The translations under genes were made by a program, and so were the position numbers. From the NCBI GenBank assembly GCA_964276515.1, contig OZ193909.1, positions 9,982,001 through 10,046,000 of the forward strand: a DNA stretch of 64,000 nucleotides, read 5' to 3'. The notes beneath the pieces were generated by a model that saw only the letters and a program-made list of their open reading frames with translations, had not been told where the DNA came from and made no database searches. The number at the start of each line of letters is the position of its first letter. The first letter of the stretch is position 1. This document shows, one piece after another, positions 30,001 through 45,000 of this stretch. The stretch comes from Gordius albopunctatus. Its lineage: Eukaryota.

Positions 30001-33000
30001 TGTTATTTTATGTAAAAGAGCTTGAAAAAATATATAAAAGTAAGCTAATTTGAGATTCCTATTAATCTCGATCGACTCCTTATAAGAAGTTTAAAGCTGC
30101 GAGAACTATCATTTTGAGGAAAGACAACGTTATATTGTTGCGATTAGTTTGTTTCATCGCGACGAGAGTGCTGAATTTTTGAAGCATGCTATATGCGATG
30201 ATTATTTCAAAGTAATAGTTATCTAATTGTGATAAATTTTTACTTCTTATCATGGAATACACGTCTGAAAATAACAACTTTCATCGGATCAATATGTGTT
30301 AATGGAAATAATTTTTAATATTTTGAGCTGAAAAATATATTTTTTGTTATTTTATGTAAATGAGCTTGAAAAAATATATAAAAGTAAGATAATTTGAGAT
30401 TCCTATTAATCTCGATCGACTCCTTATAAGAAGTTTTAAGCTACGAGAACTATCATTTTGAGGAAAGACAACGTTATATTGTTGCGATTAGTTTGTTTCA
30501 TCGCGACGAGAGTGCTGAATTTTTGAAACATGCTATATGCGATGATTATTTCAAAGTAATAGTTATCTAATTGTGATAAATTTTTACTTCTTATCATGAA
30601 AATCACGTCTGAAAATAACAACTTTCATCGGATGAATATGGTTTAATGGAAATAATTTTAAATATTTTTAGCTAAAAAAATATTTTTTTTGTTATTTTAT
30701 GTAAAAGAGCTTGAAAAAATATATAAAAGTAAGCTAATTTGAGATTCCTATTAATCTCGATCGACTCCTTATAAGAAGTTTTAAGCTGCGAGAACTATCA
30801 TTTTGAGGAAAGTGAACGTTATATTGTTGCGATTAGTTTGTTTCATCGCGACGAGAGTGCTGAATTTTTGAAACATGCTATATGCGATGATTATTTCAAA
30901 GTAATAGTTATCTAATTGTGATAAATTTTTACTTCTTATCATGGAATACACGTCTGAAAATAACAACTTTCATCGGATCAATATGTGTTAATGGAAATAA
31001 TTTTTAATATTTTGAGCTGAAAAATATATTTTTTGTTATTTTATGTAAAAGAACTTGAAAAAATATATAAAAGTAAGCTAATTTGAGATTCCTATTAATC
31101 TCGATCGACTCCTTATAAGAAGTTTAAAGCTGCGAGAACTATCATTTTGAGGAAAGACAACGTTATATTGTTGCGATTATCATCGCGACGATAGTGATGA
31201 ATTTTTGAAACATGCTATATGCGATGATTATTTCAAAGTAATAGTTATCTAATTGTGATAAATTTTTACTTCTTATCATGAAAATCACGTCTGAAAATAA
31301 ATACTTTCATCGGATGAATATGGTTTAATGGAAATAATTTTAAATATTTTGAGCTGAAAAATATTATTTTTGTTATTTTGTGTAAAAGAGCTTGAAAAAA
31401 TATATAAAAGTATGCTAATTTGAGATTCCTATTAATCTCGATCGACTCCTTATAAGAAGTTTTAAGCTGCGAGAACTATCATTTTGAGGAAAGACAACGT
31501 TATATTGTTGCGATTATCATCGCGACGATAGTGCTGAATTTTTGAAACATGCTATATGCGATGATTATTTCAAAGTAATAGTTATCTAATTGTGATAAAT
31601 TTTTACTTCTTATCATGAAAATCACGTCTGAAAATAACAACTTTCATCGGATGAATATGGTTTAATGGAAATAATTTTAAATATTTTGAGCTGAAAAATA
31701 TATTTTTTGTTATTTTATGTAAAAGAGCTTGAAAAAATATATAAAAGTAAGCTAATTTGAGATTCCTATTAATCTCGATCGACTCCTTATAAGAAGTTTT
31801 AAACTGCGAGAACTATCATTTTGAGGAAAGACAACGTTATATTGTTGCGATTATCATCGCGACGATAGTGCTGAATTTTTGAAACATGCTATATGCGATG
31901 ATTATTTCAAAGTAATAGTTATCTAATTGTGATAAATTTTTAATTCTTATCATGAAAATCACGTCTGAAAATAACAACTTTCATCGGATGAATATGGTTT
32001 AATGGAAATAATTTTAAATATTTTGAGCTGAAAAATATATTTTTTGTTATTTTGTGTAAAAGAGCTTGAAAAAATATATAAAAGTAAGCTAATTTGAGAT
32101 TCCTATTAATCTCGATCGACTCCTTATAAGAAGTTTTAAGCTGCGAGAACTATCATTTTGAGGAAAGACAACGTTATATTGTTGCGATTAGTTTGTTTCA
32201 TCGCGACGAGAGTGCTGAATTTTTGAAACATGCTATATGCGATGATTATTTCAAAGTAATAGTTATCTAATTGTGATAAATTTTTACTTCTTATGATGGA
32301 ATACACGTCTGAAAATAACAACTTTCATCGGATGAATATGGTTTAATGCAAATAATTTTAAATATTTTGAGCTAAAAAACGATATTTTTTGTTATTTTAT
32401 GTAAAAGAGCTTGAAAAAATATGTAAAAGTAAGCTAATTTGAGATTCATATTAATCTCGATCGACTCCTTATAAGAAGTTTTAATCTGCGAAAAGTATTA
32501 TTTTGAGGAAAGACAACATTATATTGTTGCGATTAGTTTGTTTCATCGCGACGAGAGTGCTGAATTTTTGAAACATGCTATATGCGATGATTATTTCAAA
32601 GTAATAGTTATCTAATTATGATAAATTTTTACTTCTTATCATGAAAATCACGTCTGAAAATAACAACTTTCATCGGATGAATATGGTTTAATGGAAATAA
32701 TTTTAAATATTTTGAGCTGAAAAATATATTTTTTGTTATTTTATGTAAAAGAGCTTGAAAAAATATATAAAAGTAAGCTAATTTGAGATTCCTATTAATC
32801 TCGATCGACTCCTTATAAGAAGTTTAAAGCTGCGAGAACTATCATTTTGAGGAAAGACAACGTTATATTGTTGCGATTAGTTTGTTTCATCGCGACGAGA
32901 GTGCTGAATTTTTGAAGCATGCTATATGCGATGATTATTTCAAAGTAATAGTTATCTAATTGTGATAAATTTTTACTTCTTATCATGGAATACACGTCTG

Positions 33001-36000
33001 AAAATAACAACTTTCATCGGATCAATATGTGTTAATGGAAATAATTTTTAATATTTTGAGCTGAAAAATATATTTTTTGTTATTTTATGTAAATGAGCTT
33101 GAAAAAATATATAAAAGTAAGATAATTTGAGATTCCTATTAATCTCGATCGACTCCTTATAAGAAGTTTTAAGCTGCGAGAACTATCATTTTGAGGAAAG
33201 ACAACGTTATATTGTTGCGATTAGTTTGTTTCATCGCGACGAGAGTGCTGAATTTTTGAAACATGCTATATGCGATGATTATTTCAAAGTAATAGTTATC
33301 TAATTGTGATAAATTTTTACTTCTTATCATGAAAATCACGTCTGAAAATAACAACTTTCATCGGATGAATATGGTTTAATGGAAATAATTTTAAATATTT
33401 TTAGCTAAAAAAATATTTTTTTTGTTATTTTATGTAAAAGAGCTTGAAAAAATATATAAAAGTAAGCTAATTTGAGATTCCTATTAATCTCGATCGACTC
33501 CTTATAAGAAGTTTTAAGCTGCGAGAACTATCATTTTGAGGAAAGTGAACGTTATATTGTTGCGATTAGTTTGTTTCATCGCGACGAGAGTGCTGAATTT
33601 TTGAAACATGCTATATGCGATGATTATTTCAAAGTAATAGTTATCTAATTGTGATAAATTTTTACTTCTTATCATGGAATACACGTCTGAAAATAACAAC
33701 TTTCATCGGATGAATATGGTTTAATGGAAATAATTTTAAATATTTTGAGCTAAAAAACGATATTTTTTGTTATTTTATGTAAAAGAGCTTGAAAAAATAT
33801 GTAAAAGTAAGCTAATTTGAGATTCATATTAATCTCGATCGACTCCTTATAAGAAGTTTTAATCTGCGAAAACTATTATTTTGAGGAAAGACAACGTTAT
33901 ATTGTTGCGATTAGTTTGTTTCATCGCGACGAGACTGCTGAATTTTTGAAACATGCTATATGCGATGATTATTTCAAAGTAATAGTTATCTAATTGTGAT
34001 AAATTTTTACTTCTTATCATGAAAATCACGTCTGAAAATAACAACTTTCATCGGATGAATATGGTTTAATGGAAATAATTTTAAATATTTTTAGCTAAAA
34101 AAATATTTTTTTTGTTATTTTATGTAAAAGAGCTTGAAAAAATATATAAAAGTAAGCTAATTTGAGATTCCTATTAATCTCGATCGACTCCTTATAAGAA
34201 GTTTTAAGCTGCGAGAACTATCATTTTGAGGAAAGACAACGTTATATTGTTGCGATTATCATCGCGACGAGAGTGCTGAATTTTTGAAACATGCTATATG
34301 CGATGATTATTTCAAAGTAATAGTTATCTAATTGTGATAAATTTTTACTTCTTATGATGGAATACACGTCTGAAAATAACAACTTTCATCGGATGAATAT
34401 GGTTTAATGGAAATAATTTTAAATATTTTGAGCTAAAAAACTATATTTTTTGTTATTTTATGTAAAAGAGCTTGAAAAAATATATAAAAGTAAGCTAATT
34501 TGAGATTCCTATTAATCTCGATCGACTCCTTATAATAAGTTTTAAGCTGCGAGAACTATCATTTTGAGGAAAGACAACGTTATATTGTTGCGATTATCAT
34601 CGCGACGAGAGTGCTGAATTTTTGAAACATGCTATATGCGATGATTATTTCAAAGTAATAGTTATCTAATTGTGATAAATTTTTACTTCTTATCATGAAA
34701 ATCACGTCTGAAAATAACAACTTTCATCGGATGAATATGGTTTAATGGAAATAATTTTAAATATTTTGAGCTAAAAAAATATTTTTTTTGTTATTTTATG
34801 TAAAAGAGCTTGAAAAAATATATAAAGGGAAGCTAATTTGAGATTCCTATTAATCTCGATCGACTCCTTATAAGAAGTTTTAAGCTGCGAGAACTATCAT
34901 TTTGAGGAAAGACAACGTTATATTGTTGCGATTATCATAGGACGAGAGTGCTGAATTTTTGAAACATGCTATATGCGATGATTATTTCAAAATAATAGTT
35001 ATCTAATTGTGATAAATTTTTACTTCTTATCATGAAAATCACGTCTGAAAATAACAACTTTCATCGGATGAATATGGTTTAATGGAAATAATTTTAATTA
35101 TTTTTAGCTAAAAAAATATTTTTTTTGTTATTTTATGTAAAAGAGCTTGAAAAAATATATAAAAGTAAGCTAATTTGAGATTCCTATTATTCTCGATCCA
35201 CTCCTTATAAGAAGTTTTAATCTGCGAAAACTATTATTTTGAGGAAAGACAACGTTATATTGTTGCGATTAGTTTGTTTCATCGCGACGAGAGTGCTGAA
35301 TTTTTGAAACATGCTATATGCGATGATTATTTCAAAGTAATAGTTATCTAATTGTGATAAATTTTTACTTCTTATGATGGAATACACGTCTGAAAATAAC
35401 AACTTTCATCGGATGAATATGGTTTAATGGAAATAATTTTAAATATTTTGAGCTAAAAAACGATATTTTTTGTTATTTTATGTAAAAGAGCTTGAAAAAA
35501 TATGTAAAAGTAAGCTAATTTGAGATTCATATTAATCTCGATCGACTCCTTATAAGAAGTTTTAATCTGCGAAAACTATTATTTTGAGGAAAGACAACGT
35601 TATATTGTTGCGATTAGTTTGTTTCATCGCGACGAGACTGCTGAATTTTTGAAACATGCTATATGCGATGATTATTTCAAAGTAATAGTTATCTAATTGT
35701 GATAAATTTTTACTTCTTATCATGAAAATCACGTCTGAAAATAACAACTTTCATCGGATGAATATGGTTTAATGGAAATAATTTTAAATATTTTTAGCTA
35801 AAAAAATATTTTTTTTGTTATTTTATGTAAAAGAGGTTGAAAAAATATATAAAAGTAAGCTAATTTGAGATTCCTATTAATCTCGATCGACTCCTTATAA
35901 GAAGTTTTAAGCTGCGAGAACTATCATTTTGAGGAAAGACAACGTTATATTGTTGCGATTATCATCGCGACGAGAGTGCTGAATTTTTGAAACATGCTAT

Positions 36001-39000
36001 ATGCGATGATTATTTCAAAGTAATAGTTATCTAATTGTGATAAATTTTTACTTCTTATGATGGAATACACGTCTGAAAATAACAACTTTCATCGGATGAA
36101 TATGGTTTAATGGAAATAATTTTAAATATTTTGAGCTAAAAAATATATTTTTTGTTATTTTATGTAAAAGAGCTTGAAAAAATATATAGAAGTAAGCTAA
36201 TTTGAAAATCCTATTAATCTCGATCGACTCCTTATAATAAGTTTTAAGCTGCGAGAACTATCATTTTGAGGAAAGACAACGTTATATTGTTGCGATTATC
36301 ATCGCGACGAGAGTGCTGAATTTTTGAAACATGCTATATGCGATGATTATTTCAAAGTAATAGTTATCTAATTGTGATAAATTTTTACTTCTTATCATGA
36401 AAATCACGTCTGAAAATAACAACTTTCATCGGATGAATATGGTTTAATGGAAATAATTTTAAATATTTTGAGCTAAAAAAATATTTTTTTTGTTATTTTA
36501 TGTAAAAGAGCTTGAAAAAATATATAAAGGGAAGCTAATTTGAGATTCTTATTAATCTCGATCGACTCCTTATAAGAAGTTTTAAGCTGCGAGAACTATC
36601 ATTTTGAGGAAAGACAACGTTATATTGTTGCGATTATCATAGGACGAGAGTGCTGAATTTTTGAAACATGCTATATGCGATGATTATTTCAAAGTAATAG
36701 TTATCTAATTGTGATAAATTTTTACTTCTTATCATGAAAATCACGTCTGAAAATAACAACTTTCATCGGATGAATATGGTTTAATGGAAATAATTTTAAT
36801 TATTTTTAGCTAAAAAAATATTTTTTTTGTTATTTTATGTAAAAGAGCTTGAAAAAATATATAAAAGTAAGCTAATTTGAGATTCATATTAATCTCGATC
36901 GACTCCTTATAAGAAGTTTTAAGCTGCGAGAACTATCATTTTGAGGAAAGTGAACGTTATATTGTTGCGATTAGTTTGTTTCATCGCGACGAGAGTGCTG
37001 AATTTTTGAAACATGCTATATGCGATGATTATTTCAAAGTAATAGTTATCTAATTGTGATAAATTTTAACTTCTTATCATGAAAATCACGTCTGAAAATA
37101 ACAACTTTCATCGGATGAATATGGTTTAATGGAAATAATTTTAAATATTTTGAGCTGAAAAATATATTTTTAGTTATTTTGTGTAAAAGAGCTTGAAAAA
37201 ATATATAAAAGTATGCTAATTTGAGATACCTATTAATCTCGATCGACTCCTTATAAGAAGTTTTAATCTGCGACAACTATCATTTTGAGGAAAGACAACG
37301 TTATATTGTTGCGATTAGTTTGTTTCATCGCGACGAGAGTGCTGAATTTTTGAAACATGCTATATGCGATGATTATTTCAAAGTAATAGTTATCTAATTG
37401 TGATAAATTTTTACTTCTTATGATGGAATACACGTCTGAAAATAACAACTTTCATCGGATGAATATGGTTTAATGGAAATAATTTTAAATATTTTGAGCT
37501 AAAAAATGATATTTTTTGTTATTTTATGTAAAAGAGCTTGAAAAAATATGTAAAAGTAAGCTAATTTGAGATTCATATTAATCTCGATCGACTCCTTATA
37601 AGAAGTTTAAAGCTGCGAGAACTATCATTTTGAGGAAAGACAACGTTATATTGTTGCGATTATCATCGCGACGATAGTGCTGAATTTTTGAAACATGACA
37701 TATGCGATGATTATTTCAAAGTAATAGTTATCTAATTGTGATAAATTTTTACTTCTTATCATGGAAATCACGTCTGAAAATAACAACTTTTATCGGATGA
37801 ATATGGTTTAATGGAAATAATTTTAAATATTTTGAGCTGAAAAATATATTTTTTGTTATTTTATGTAAAAGAGCTTGAAAAAATATATAGAAGTAAGCTA
37901 ATTTGAGATTCCTATTAATCTCGATCGACTCCTTATAAGAAGTTTAAAGCTGCGAGAACTATCATTTTGAGGAAAGACAACGTTATATTGTTGCGATTAG
38001 TTTGTTTCATCGCGACGAGAGTGCTGAATTTTTGAAGCATGCTATATGCGATGATTATTTCAAAGTAATAGTTATCTAATTGTGATAAATTTTTACTTCT
38101 TATCATGGAATACACGTCTGAAAATAACAACTTTCATCGGATGAATATGGTTTATTGCAAATAATTTTAAATATTTTGAGCTAAAAAACGATATTTTTTG
38201 TTATTTTATGTAAAAGAGCTTGAAAAAATATGTAAAAGTAAGCTAATTTGAGATTCATATTAATCTCGATCGACTCCTTATAAGAAGTTTTAATCTGCGA
38301 AAACTATCATTTTGAGGAAAGACAACGTTATATTGTTGCGATTAGTTTGTTTCATCGCGACGAGAGTGCTGAATTTTTGAAACATGCTATATGCGATGAT
38401 TATTTCAAAGTAATAGTTATCTAATTGTGATAAATTTTTACTTCTTATCATGAAAATCACGTCTGAAAATAACAACTTTCATCGGATGAATATGGTTTAA
38501 TGGAAACAATTTTAAATATTTTTAGCTAAAAAAATATTTTTTTTGTTATTTTATGTAAAAGAGCTTGAAAAAATATATAAAAGTAAGCTATCTTGAGATT
38601 CCTATTAATCTCGATCGACTCCTTATAAGAAGTTTAAAGCTGCGAGAACTATCATTTTGAGGAAAGACAACGTTATATTGTTGCGATTATCATCGCGACG
38701 ATAGTGCTGAATTTTTGAAACATGACATATGCGATGATTATTTCAAAGTAATAGTTATCTAATTGTGATAAATTTTTACTTCTTATCATGGAAATCACGT
38801 CTGAAAATAACAACTTTTATCGGATGAATATGGTTTAATGGAAATAATTTTAAATATTTTGAGCTGAAAAATATATTTTTTGTTATTTTATGTAAAAGAG
38901 CTTGAAAAAATATATAGAAGTAAGCTAATTTGAGATTCCTATTAATCTCGATCGACTCCTTATAAGAAGTTTAAAGCTGCGAGAACTATCATTTTGAGGA

Positions 39001-42000
39001 AAGACAACGTTATATTGTTGCGATTAGTTTGTTTCATCGCGACGAGAGTGCTGAATTTTTGAAACATGCTATATGTGATGATTATTTCAAAGTAATAGTT
39101 ATCTAATTGTGATAAATTTTTACTTCTTATCATGAAAATCACGTCTGAAAATAACAACTTTCATCGGATGAATATGGTTTAATGGAAATAATTTTAAATA
39201 TTTTGAGCTAAAAAATGATATTTTTTGTTATTTTATGTAAAAGAGCTTGAAAAAATATGTAAAAGTAAGCTAATTTGAGATTCATATTAATCTCGATCGA
39301 CTCCTTATAAGAAGTTTAAAGCTGCGAGAACTATCATTTTGAGGAAAGACAACGTTATATTGTTGCGATTAGTTTGTTTCATCGCGACGAGAGTGCTGAA
39401 TTTTTGAAACATGCCATATGCGATGATTATTTCAAAGTAATAGTTATCTAATTGTGATAAATTTTTACTTCTTATCATGAAAATCACGTCTGAAAATAAC
39501 AACTTTCATCGGATGAATATGGTTTAATGGAAATAATTTTAAATATTTTTAGCTAAAAAAATATTTTTTTTGTTATTTTATGTAAAAGAGCTTGAAAAAA
39601 TATATAAAAGTAAGCTATCTTGAGATTCCTATTAATCTCGATCGACTCCTTATAAGAAGTTTAAAGCTGCGAGAACTATCATTTTGAGGAAAGACAACGT
39701 TATATTGTTGCGATTATCATCGCGACGATAGTGCTGAATTTTTGAAACATGCTATATGCGATGATTATTTCAAAGTAATAGTTATCTAATTGTGATAAAT
39801 TTTTACTTCTTATCATGGAATACACGTCTGAAAATAACAACTTTCATCGGATCAATATGTGTTAATGGAAATAATTTTTAATATTTTGAGCTGAAAAATA
39901 TATTTTTTTTGTTATTTTATGTAAAAGAGCTTGAAAAAATATATAAAGGGAAGCTAATTTGAGATTCTTATTAATCTCGATCGACTCCTTATAAGAAGTT
40001 TTAAGCTGCGAGAACTATCATTTTGAGGAAAGACAACGTTATATTGTTGCGATTATCATAGGACGAGAGTGCTGAATTTTTGAAACATGCTATATGCGAT
40101 GATTATTTCAAAGTAATAGTTATCTAATTGTGATAAATTTTTACTTCTTATCATGAAAATCACGTCTGAAAATAACAACTTTCATCGGATGAATATGGTT
40201 TAATGGAAATAATTTTAATTATTTTTAGCTAAAAAAATATTTTTTTTGTTATTTTATGTAAAAGAGCTTGAAAAAATATATAAAAGTAAGCTAATTTGAG
40301 ATTCATATTAATCTCGATCGACTCCTTATAAGAAGTTTTAAGCTGCGAGAACTATCATTTTGAGGAAAGTGAACGTTATATTGTTGCGATTAGTTTGTTT
40401 CATCGCGACGAGAGTGCTGAATTTTTGAAACATGCTATATGCGATGATTATTTCAAAGTAATAGTTATCTAATTGTGATAAATTTTAACTTCTTATCATG
40501 AAAATCACGTCTGAAAATAACAACTTTCATCGGATGAATATGGTTTAATGGAAATAATTTTAAATATTTTGAGCTGAAAAATATATTTTTAGTTATTTTG
40601 TGTAAAAGAGCTTGAAAAAATATATAAAAGTATGCTAATTTGAGATACCTATTAATCTCGATCGACTCCTTATAAGAAGTTTTAATCTGCGACAACTATC
40701 ATTTTGAGGAAAGACAACGTTATATTGTTGCGATTAGTTTGTTTCATCGCGACGAGAGTGCTGAATTTTTGAAACATGCTATATGCGATGATTATTTCAA
40801 AGTAATAGTTATCTAATTGTGATAAATTTTTACTTCTTATGATGGAATACACGTCTGAAAATAACAACTTTCATCGGATGAATATGGTTTAATGGAAATA
40901 ATTTTAAATATTTTGAGCTAAAAAATGATATTTTTTGTTATTTTATGTAAAAGAGCTTGAAAAAATATGTAAAAGTAAGCTAATTTGAGATTCATATTAA
41001 TCTCGATCGACTCCTTATAAGAAGTTTAAAGCTGCGAGAACTATCATTTTGAGGAAAGACAACGTTATATTGTTGCGATTATCATCGCGACGATAGTGCT
41101 GAATTTTTGAAACATGACATATGCGATGATTATTTCAAAGTAATAGTTATCTAATTGTGATAAATTTTTACTTCTTATCATGGAAATCACGTCTGAAAAT
41201 AACAACTTTTATCGGATGAATATGGTTTAATGGAAATAATTTTAAATATTTTGAGCTGAAAAATATATTTTTTGTTATTTTATGTAAAAGAGCTTGAAAA
41301 AATATATAGAAGTAAGCTAATTTGAGATTCCTATTAATCTCGATCGACTCCTTATAAGAAGTTTAAAGCTGCGAGAACTATCATTTTGAGGAAAGACAAC
41401 GTTATATTGTTGCGATTAGTTTGTTTCATCGCGACGAGAGTGCTGAATTTTTGAAGCATGCTATATGCGATGATTATTTCAAAGTAATAGTTATCTAATT
41501 GTGATAAATTTTTACTTCTTATCATGGAATACACGTCTGAAAATAACAACTTTCATCGGATGAATATGGTTTATTGCAAATAATTTTAAATATTTTGAGC
41601 TAAAAAACGATATTTTTTGTTATTTTATGTAAAAGAGCTTGAAAAAATATGTAAAAGTAAGCTAATTTGAGATTCATATTAATCTCGATCGACTCCTTAT
41701 AAGAAGTTTTAATCTGCGAAAACTATCATTTTGAGGAAAGACAACGTTATATTGTTGCGATTAGTTTGTTTCATCGCGACGAGAGTGCTGAATTTTTGAA
41801 ACATGCTATATGCGATGATTATTTCAAAGTAATAGTTATCTAATTGTGATAAATTTTTACTTCTTATCATGAAAATCACGTCTGAAAATAACAACTTTCA
41901 TCGGATGAATATGGTTTAATGGAAACAATTTTAAATATTTTTAGCTAAAAAAATATTTTTTTTGTTATTTTATGTAAAAGAGCTTGAAAAAATATATAAA

Positions 42001-45000
42001 AGTAAGCTATCTTGAGATTCCTATTAATCTCGATCGACTCCTTATAAGAAGTTTAAAGCTGCGAGAACTATCATTTTGAGGAAAGACAACGTTATATTGT
42101 TGCGATTATCATCGCGACGATAGTGCTGAATTTTTGAAACATGACATATGCGATGATTATTTCAAAGTAATAGTTATCTAATTGTGATAAATTTTTACTT
42201 CTTATCATGGAAATCACGTCTGAAAATAACAACTTTTATCGGATGAATATGGTTTAATGGAAATAATTTTAAATATTTTGAGCTGAAAAATATATTTTTT
42301 GTTATTTTATGTAAAAGAGCTTGAAAAAATATATAGAAGTAAGCTAATTTGAGATTCCTATTAATCTCGATCGACTCCTTATAAGAAGTTTAAAGCTGCG
42401 AGAACTATCATTTTGAGGAAAGACAACGTTATATTGTTGCGATTAGTTTGTTTCATCGCGACGAGAGTGCTGAATTTTTGAAACATGCTATATGTGATGA
42501 TTATTTCAAAGTAATAGTTATCTAATTGTGATAAATTTTTACTTCTTATCATGAAAATCACGTCTGAAAATAACAACTTTCATCGGATGAATATGGTTTA
42601 ATGGAAATAATTTTAAATATTTTGAGCTAAAAAATGATATTTTTTGTTATTTTATGTAAAAGAGCTTGAAAAAATATGTAAAAGTAAGCTAATTTGAGAT
42701 TCATATTAATCTCGATCGACTCCTTATAAGAAGTTTAAAGCTGCGAGAACTATCATTTTGAGGAAAGACAACGTTATATTGTTGCGATTAGTTTGTTTCA
42801 TCGCGACGAGAGTGCTGAATTTTTGAAACATGCCATATGCGATGATTATTTCAAAGTAATAGTTATCTAATTGTGATAAATTTTTACTTCTTATCATGAA
42901 AATCACGTCTGAAAATAACAACTTTCATCGGATGAATATGGTTTAATGGAAATAATTTTAAATATTTTTAGCTAAAAAAATATTTTTTTTGTTATTTTAT
43001 GTAAAAGAGCTTGAAAAAATATATAAAAGTAAGCTATCTTGAGATTCCTATTAATCTCGATCGACTCCTTATAAGAAGTTTAAAGCTGCGAGAACTATCA
43101 TTTTGAGGAAAGACAACGTTATATTGTTGCGATTATCATCGCGACGATAGTGCTGAATTTTTGAAACATGCTATATGCGATGATTATTTCAAAGTAATAG
43201 TTATCTAATTGTGATAAATTTTTACTTCTTATCATGGAATACACGTCTGAAAATAACAACTTTCATCGGATCAATATGTGTTAATGGAAATAATTTTTAA
43301 TATTTTGAGCTGAAAAATATATTTTTTGTTATTTTATGTAAAAGAGCTTGAAAAAATATATAAAAGTAAGATAATTTGAGATTCCTATTAATCTCGATCG
43401 ACTCCTTATAAGAAGTTTTAAGCTGCGAGAACTATCATTTTGAGGAAAGACAACGTTATATTGTTGCGATTAGTTTGTTTCATCGCGACGAGAGTGCTGA
43501 ATTTTTGAAACATGCTATATGCGATGATTATTTCAAAGTAATAGTTATCTAATTGTGATAAATTTTTACTTCTTATCATGATAATCACGTCTGAAAATAA
43601 CAACTTTCATCGGATGAATATGGTTTAATGGAAATAATTTTAAATATTTTGAGCTGAAAAATATATTTTTTGTTATTTTATGTAAAAGAGCTTGAAAAAA
43701 TAGATAAAAGTAAGCTAATTTGAGATTCCTATTAATCTCGATCGACTCCTTATAAGAAGTTTTAAGCTGTGAGAACTATCATTTTGAGGAGAGACAACGT
43801 TATATTGTTGCGATTAGTTTGTTTCATCGCGACGAGAGTGCTGAATTTTTGAAACATGCTATATGCGATGATTATCTCAAAGTAATAGTTATCTAATTGT
43901 GATAAATTTTTACTTCTTATCATGGAATACACGTCTGAAAATAACAACTTTCATCGGATCAATATGTGTTAATGGAAATAATTTTTAATATTTTGAGCTG
44001 AAAAATATATTTTTTGTTATTTTATGTAAAAGAACTTGAAAAAATATATAAAAGTAAGCTAATTTGAGATTCCTATTAATCTCGATCGACTCCTTATAAG
44101 AAGTTTTAAGCTGCGAGAACTATCATTTTGAGGACGACAACGTTATATTGTTGCGATTATCATCGCGACGATAGTGCTGAATTTTTGAAACATGCTATAT
44201 GCGATGATTATTTCAAAGTAATAGTTATCTAATTGTGATAAATTTTTACTTCTTATCATGAAAATCACGTCTGAAAATAACAACTTTCATCGGATGAATA
44301 TGGTTTAATGGAAATAATTTTAAATATTTTGAGCTGAAAAATATATTTTTTGTTATTTTGTGTAAAAGAGCTTGAAAAAATATATAAAAGTATGCTAATT
44401 TGAGATTCCTATTAATCTCGATCGACTCCTTATAAGAAGTTGTAAGCTGCGAGAACTATCATTTTGAGGAAAGACAACGTTATATTGTTGCGATTAGTTT
44501 GTTTCATCGCGACGAGAGTGCTGAATTTTTGAAACATGCTATATGCGATGATTATTTCAAAGTAATAGTTATCTAATTGTGATAAATTTTAACTTCTTAT
44601 CATGAAAATCACGTCTGAAAATAACAACTTTCATCGGATGAATATGGTTTAATGGAAATAATTTTAAATATTTTTAGCTAAAAAAATATTTTTTTTGTTA
44701 TTTTATGTAAAAGAGCTTGAAAAAATATATAAAAGTAAGCTAATTTGAGATTCCTATTAATCTCGATCGACTCCTTATAAGAAGTTTTAAGCTGCGAGAA
44801 CTATCATTTTGAGGAAAGACAACGTTATATTGTTGCGATTAGTTTGTTTCATCGCGACGAGAATGCTGAATTTTTGAAACATGCTATATGCGATGATTAT
44901 TTCAAAGTAATAGTTATCTAATTGTGATAAATTTTTACTTCTTATGATGGAATACACGTCTGAAAATAACAACTTTCATCGGATGAATATGGTTTAATGC